DNA from: Selaginella moellendorffii
Lineage: Eukaryota; Plantae; Lycopodiophyta
Direction of reading: 5' to 3'
NCBI RefSeq assembly: GCF_000143415.4
Contig: NW_003314463.1
Location: forward strand, 33,392-71,197
DNA: 37,806 bases
Part shown: positions 33,540 to 37,806 of the stretch, piece after piece
Layout of the letters: every line of letters begins with the position of its first letter
Numbering within the stretch: the stretch's first letter is position 1
The notes under the pieces: model-generated
The model's database searches: none
Seen by the model: the letters and a program-made list of their open reading frames with translations, nothing else
Told to the model about the DNA's origin: nothing
Program-made: the position numbers and the translations under genes

Positions 33540-34327
33540 CCACCATAGCCTCTTCACCTTTCACTCCCAATCCTCGTCGCATTTCCGAGCAGAGCATGTC
33601 GATCTGCTGAATGCACCTGCGCAGGTGGATGCTGGTGGATTTGTTCCCCGCATAAGTCTGGAAGGTGTCGAGCCTGTTCTCGCTGATCATCGAGCACAAC
33701 TATGGCGACACAGAGAAAGCCGTGAGCCTCTCAAACCTTTGCAAATGGAGAAACAAACACAACCTCGTTGTAATAGGCTGGAGCTTTCAGCCGCTTAGGA
33801 TCGTTATCCAGTGCTGTTCCCAGGACTTCTTCCGGAGCTGTCCAAAAATGAACGCATTAGAGTTTTTTCTAGTGTCTAAATCTAAGGAACTCACTCAAAG
33901 GTGTTGGATAAGGAACAAATGTGGGTTGCGGCTTTTGGTAGGAGGTTTTGGTCCCTCGCCAGGGTCGATGCCACCGTTGCTGCAATTGGCTGGAATATCT
34001 TGGTCATCCTGGAACATCTCAAGTTAGAATCGCAGGGATGACGATAGGGGGGTCAAGACTCTTTTACCAGATGATATTCTGCGTTGAGTACTTTTTTCCA
34101 TAAGTGTGACTCGTTTCTTCACGAACTGGATAATTCTCCTGTTGAAGAACGCTTCAGCGTCAGTTAAATGATTGTCATTTTCTGGTGCATGAGCTTTTGA
34201 ACCTGAGAATGAACCAACTGGTGGCATCATGTACAGCTGACTGTAGCCTTCTAAATCATTCCATCAAACACACACATCAAACACACACTCACAGAGGCAC
34301 ACAGAGAGAGAGAGAGAGAGAGAGAGA
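33540..34327. repeat. Direct duplicate of 27502-28227
   Basis: Colinear, with an extra ~80-90 bp near 34185-34260. Confidence 0.9.
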
Positions 34328-34817
34328 NNNNNNNNNNNNNNNNNNNNNNNNNNNNNNNNNNNNNNNNNNNNNNNNNNNNNNNNNNNNNNNNNNNNNNNNN
34401 NNNNNNNNNNNNNNNNNNNNNNNNNNNNNNNNNNNNNNNNNNNNNNNNNNNNNNNNNNNNNNNNNNNNNNNNNNNNNNNNNNNNNNNNNNNNNNNNNNNN
34501 NNNNNNNNNNNNNNNNNNNNNNNNNNNNNNNNNNNNNNNNNNNNNNNNTCCGCTGGGAGTAGTAGAGAATATTTTCAATTTGAAAAGATGTATTTGTAAC
34601 TATAATTGTTTAAACTATTTCTTTTTCTTAATTTGTTTTAGCATGTTGATTGGGATAGGTTGCTACCAAGGCTTACAGCTTTGATTCCAATCTGTGTATT
34701 ATACAGCTTTACCAGGTTTGCAATTCCTTCATGCCTTTTTTAGTCATTTCTTTACTGCACTAACTGGTTTTTCTCATGACAAGTTTGAGCCACAAAATCA
34801 CAGATATCATGCAGTGA

Positions 34818-37806
34818 TGGTGGTAGTGACAGTTTAGTGACCCTTCTATGAAAGTTCTTAAGCACAATTCTTAGGAATGGAGCTCTACCTCAGCTTCACA
34901 GAAATTGCTTAATGAAAAAGCAGCACTATAAAAAAAAAATTATAAACTAAACAATGAAGAATCTGAGTAAGCATGTCAAGGAAAAGAAAAAGTACACATA
35001 CCTTGAGTGGTCATTAGGGAGAGAGCAATAGGAGTGGCATGAAACTGGATTGGTGCTGTGTAGCATTTAAAAAGCTGCAAAACAGAGGTGAGGCACCAAA
35101 CACCAAGAAAATGAAAAAAAAAATGAAAAAATGATCATAAGAATCATAGAACACAAGCAAGGTAAGCCAGAAACTTGCTTAGAAATCTCAGCCGGCCTAA
35201 ACAACAAAGTTTCTTACCTTGTTACTACTACCAGTTGCTACTGAGACTTACAGCTTTGATTCTAAGCTGTGCCTTCTGCAGCTTTTGTTTTTTTCTCATG
35301 ACCACAAACATCATGCAGCGATGGAAGCAGCGACAGGTTGGTGACCCTTGTGCGGAAATCNNNNNNNNNNNNNNNNNNNNNNNNNNNNNNNNNNNNNNNN
35401 NNNNNNNNNNNNNNNNNNNNNNNNNNNNNNNNNNNNNNNNNNNNNNNNNNNNNNNNNNNNNNNNNNNNNNNNNNNNNNNNNNNNNNNNNNNNNNNNNNNN
35501 NNNNNNNNNNNNNNNNNNNNNNNNNNNNNNNNNNNNNNNNNNNNNNNNNNNNNNNNNNNNNNNNNNNNNNNNNNNNNNNNNNNNNNNNNNNNNNNNNNNN
35601 NNNNNNNNNNNNNNNNNNNNNNNNNNNNNNNNNNNNNNNNNNNNNNNNNNNNNNNNNNNNNNNNNNNNNNNNNNNNNNNNNNNNNNNNNNNNNNNNNNNN
35701 NNNNNNNNNNNNNNNNNNNNNNNNNNNNNNNNNNNNNNNNNNNNNNNNNNNNNNNNNNNNNNNNNNNNNNNNNNNNNNNNNNNNNNNNNNNNNNNNNNNN
35801 NNNNNNNNNNNNNNNNNNNNNNNNNNNNNNNNNNNNNNNNNNNNNNNNNNNNNNNNNNNNNNNNNNNNNNNNNNNNNNNNNNNNNNNNNNNNNNNNNNNN
35901 NNNNNNNNNNNNNNNNNNNNNNNNNNNNNNNNNNNNNNNNNNNNNNNNNNNNNNNNNNNNNNNNNNNNNNNNNNNNNNNNNNNNNNNNNNNNNNNNNNNN
36001 NNNNNNNNNNNNNNNNNNNNNNNNNNNNNNNNNNNNNNNNNNNNNNNNNNNNNNNNNNNNNNNNNNNNNNNNNNNNNNNNNNNNNNNNNNNNNNNNNNNN
36101 NNNNNNNNNNNNNNNNNNNNNNNNNNNNNNNNNNNNNNNNNNNNNNNNNNNNNNNNNNNNNNNNNNNNNNNNNNNNNNNNNNNNNNNNNNNNNNNNNNNN
36201 NNNNNNNNNNNNNNNNGGGAACCAGGAACTATTCCAAGCTGCAGTGCTCCTGGTCTCATGGAATAAAAAACGTTCTGGTTTCTATTGAGCCCATCCTGTG
36301 TGAATCAAGCAGCTAGAGCTCCAGAAGATTCTTCAAGTTGTACAATGTGAATGAACTTGAACTTGTACTGAAGTTTTATACATAGAGCAAGATGCACACT
36401 TCACAGGTATAATGCCTTGCTTGCTGTGTCCTTAGTGTGCTACATCGCGACTTTTTTTGTCTTTGGGATATCTGTGTAAGTGGTTCAATCCTGCTTATCA
36501 AGATTGCAAGCTCAATCTCTTCTTTATCACGAGCTCGCTATCTCTTAGCATCTCTTTTTCTGCTATCTTCGTGCATCCTCAGGTAACGACGTTTTCTCTG
36601 TTGAGTATGAATGATTGTTTGTTTTTGTTCCAGCTGAATGGGCGCCTGCTACCTGCTCTACTGCATGTAACTATGCTACAATGCATTGTCAAGTGAGCCG
36701 TGAGACTACAATTGAATTGGAGTGGCCACCACGCTTATCTCCGTGATATATTCTGTGGACTCTTTGACCACTTTTCTGTCTCTGCCAGCTCCTCCTCGCA
36801 AGGAAGGTAACATTAGAGCGACTTTGTGAGTTTTTCTACTCAATTCTTCTTCCAGAAGCTCCTTTGCAACCTTTGCTCTCAAGGAGAGATTTCAAAAACA
36901 GCAACAAACTAAGCAGCACTGGATCTGAGCACGACTTCCACGAAGCAAAGAAGCCGTCCCAGCACCGTCCTGTCACGTACATCTACTCATTCTTTTATCT
37001 CTTGCGAGCATGTACTCGGCTATGTTGCTCACTGGACCGGAGACAAGGATGCTATCGACATTGGCTAGCCTTCAAAATGGGTCCAGATTGGCACAATGTG
37101 GTTCACAGCAGCACTATACATTTTATTGCTCATAGCTCCACTCATAGACTTCTTCTAAGCGCATGTGAAGTAAGCTCAAGTTTATTGTAACGTAGTGTTG
37201 TAAATTTGGAGAAGAATTAAAAGTCTTTGGTTGGAAACAAATTAAGAGTTTTCACCATGGGATCTAGTGTTGAAGATCGATTGTGAGAACTTTGGGGCGC
37301 CTGCATGGAAGAAAAGCAAACGAATGAGGAACAAAAACTGATCGAGTTTTTCTTTGTTTTTACCTTGTTCTCCTGCATAGATGGGGATCTCATACAGCTT
37401 TTGCCGCTAGAATCTCGTGCACATAATCATCTTCAACCTGTGAGATCACACAGTCAGAACAAACGCGCGCCCTAAAAGGTGATAAAAGCTTATGTTTATG
37501 AGACGAATGGATCATACGGACAGTATGGTCGAAAGGTTACTTGCTGGTACTGCAGCGGTGGTGGCAGATGCTGAGGTTACGGAGGTGTCACAACCACAGC
37601 TGCTGCTGGTTCTTCACAGAACCTGTTGATCAAAGATCATCCTCAATGCACTTCTTTTCGGCTTTTTGGTCACCTCACAGAACAGTGATTGTCTAAAGAA
37701 GTTTTTTTTTTTCTATCCCAGGATAGTCTCCAACATTCAGGAACTTCTCTTGTATTGTGTGGTCAATTTCTTGAGGTCCTTGCTTGGAATTTTGGAATTT
37801 TGGGGC
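34818..37806 (-). repeat. Inverted duplicate of 9930-12694, running to the window end
   Basis: Near-identical reverse complement; contains an N gap and ~245 bp absent from the other copy. Confidence 0.93.
36407..37158 (+). pseudogene. SERINC/TDE membrane protein 3' fragment, copy 2
   Basis: Same motifs and disablements as copy 1. Confidence 0.85.

Noticed and set aside
35175-36316. ORFs over 300 aa
   Set aside because: Made almost entirely of N-gap codons

Overview
Eukaryotic, plant-like DNA that is almost entirely transposon-derived and has four N gaps. The ~50-60 bp GT-AG introns and the gene-fragment types suggest a compact seed-free plant genome such as the lycophyte Selaginella (inference). 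I found no intact host gene. In order: (1) a minus-strand non-chromoviral Ty3/Gypsy element with RT-RNaseH-integrase broken by in-frame stops, a tRNA-Arg PBS and a 5' LTR, but no visible gag or protease; (2) two pieces of a putative large DNA element (~4.2-6.5 kb and ~19.5-21.0 kb) sharing an identical 21-bp end and a dispersed ATGGCATG-N6-CATGCCAT palindrome that follows stop codons, carrying an unknown ORF, an F-box fragment and an FCP1/NIF phosphatase; (3) three copies of a ~2.75-kb LTR containing an ordered 12-mer/6-mer minisatellite; (4) a chromovirus 3' end; (5) a spliced, bacterial-type N4/N6 DNA methyltransferase-like gene interrupted by a TRIM-like element; (6) stacked minus-strand Helitron modules with captured fragments of kinase, kelch, CYP88A/KAO and SERINC genes plus a Rep/Hel remnant, with one direct and one inverted duplication. 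All family assignments are from motif recognition by eye; no database search was run.
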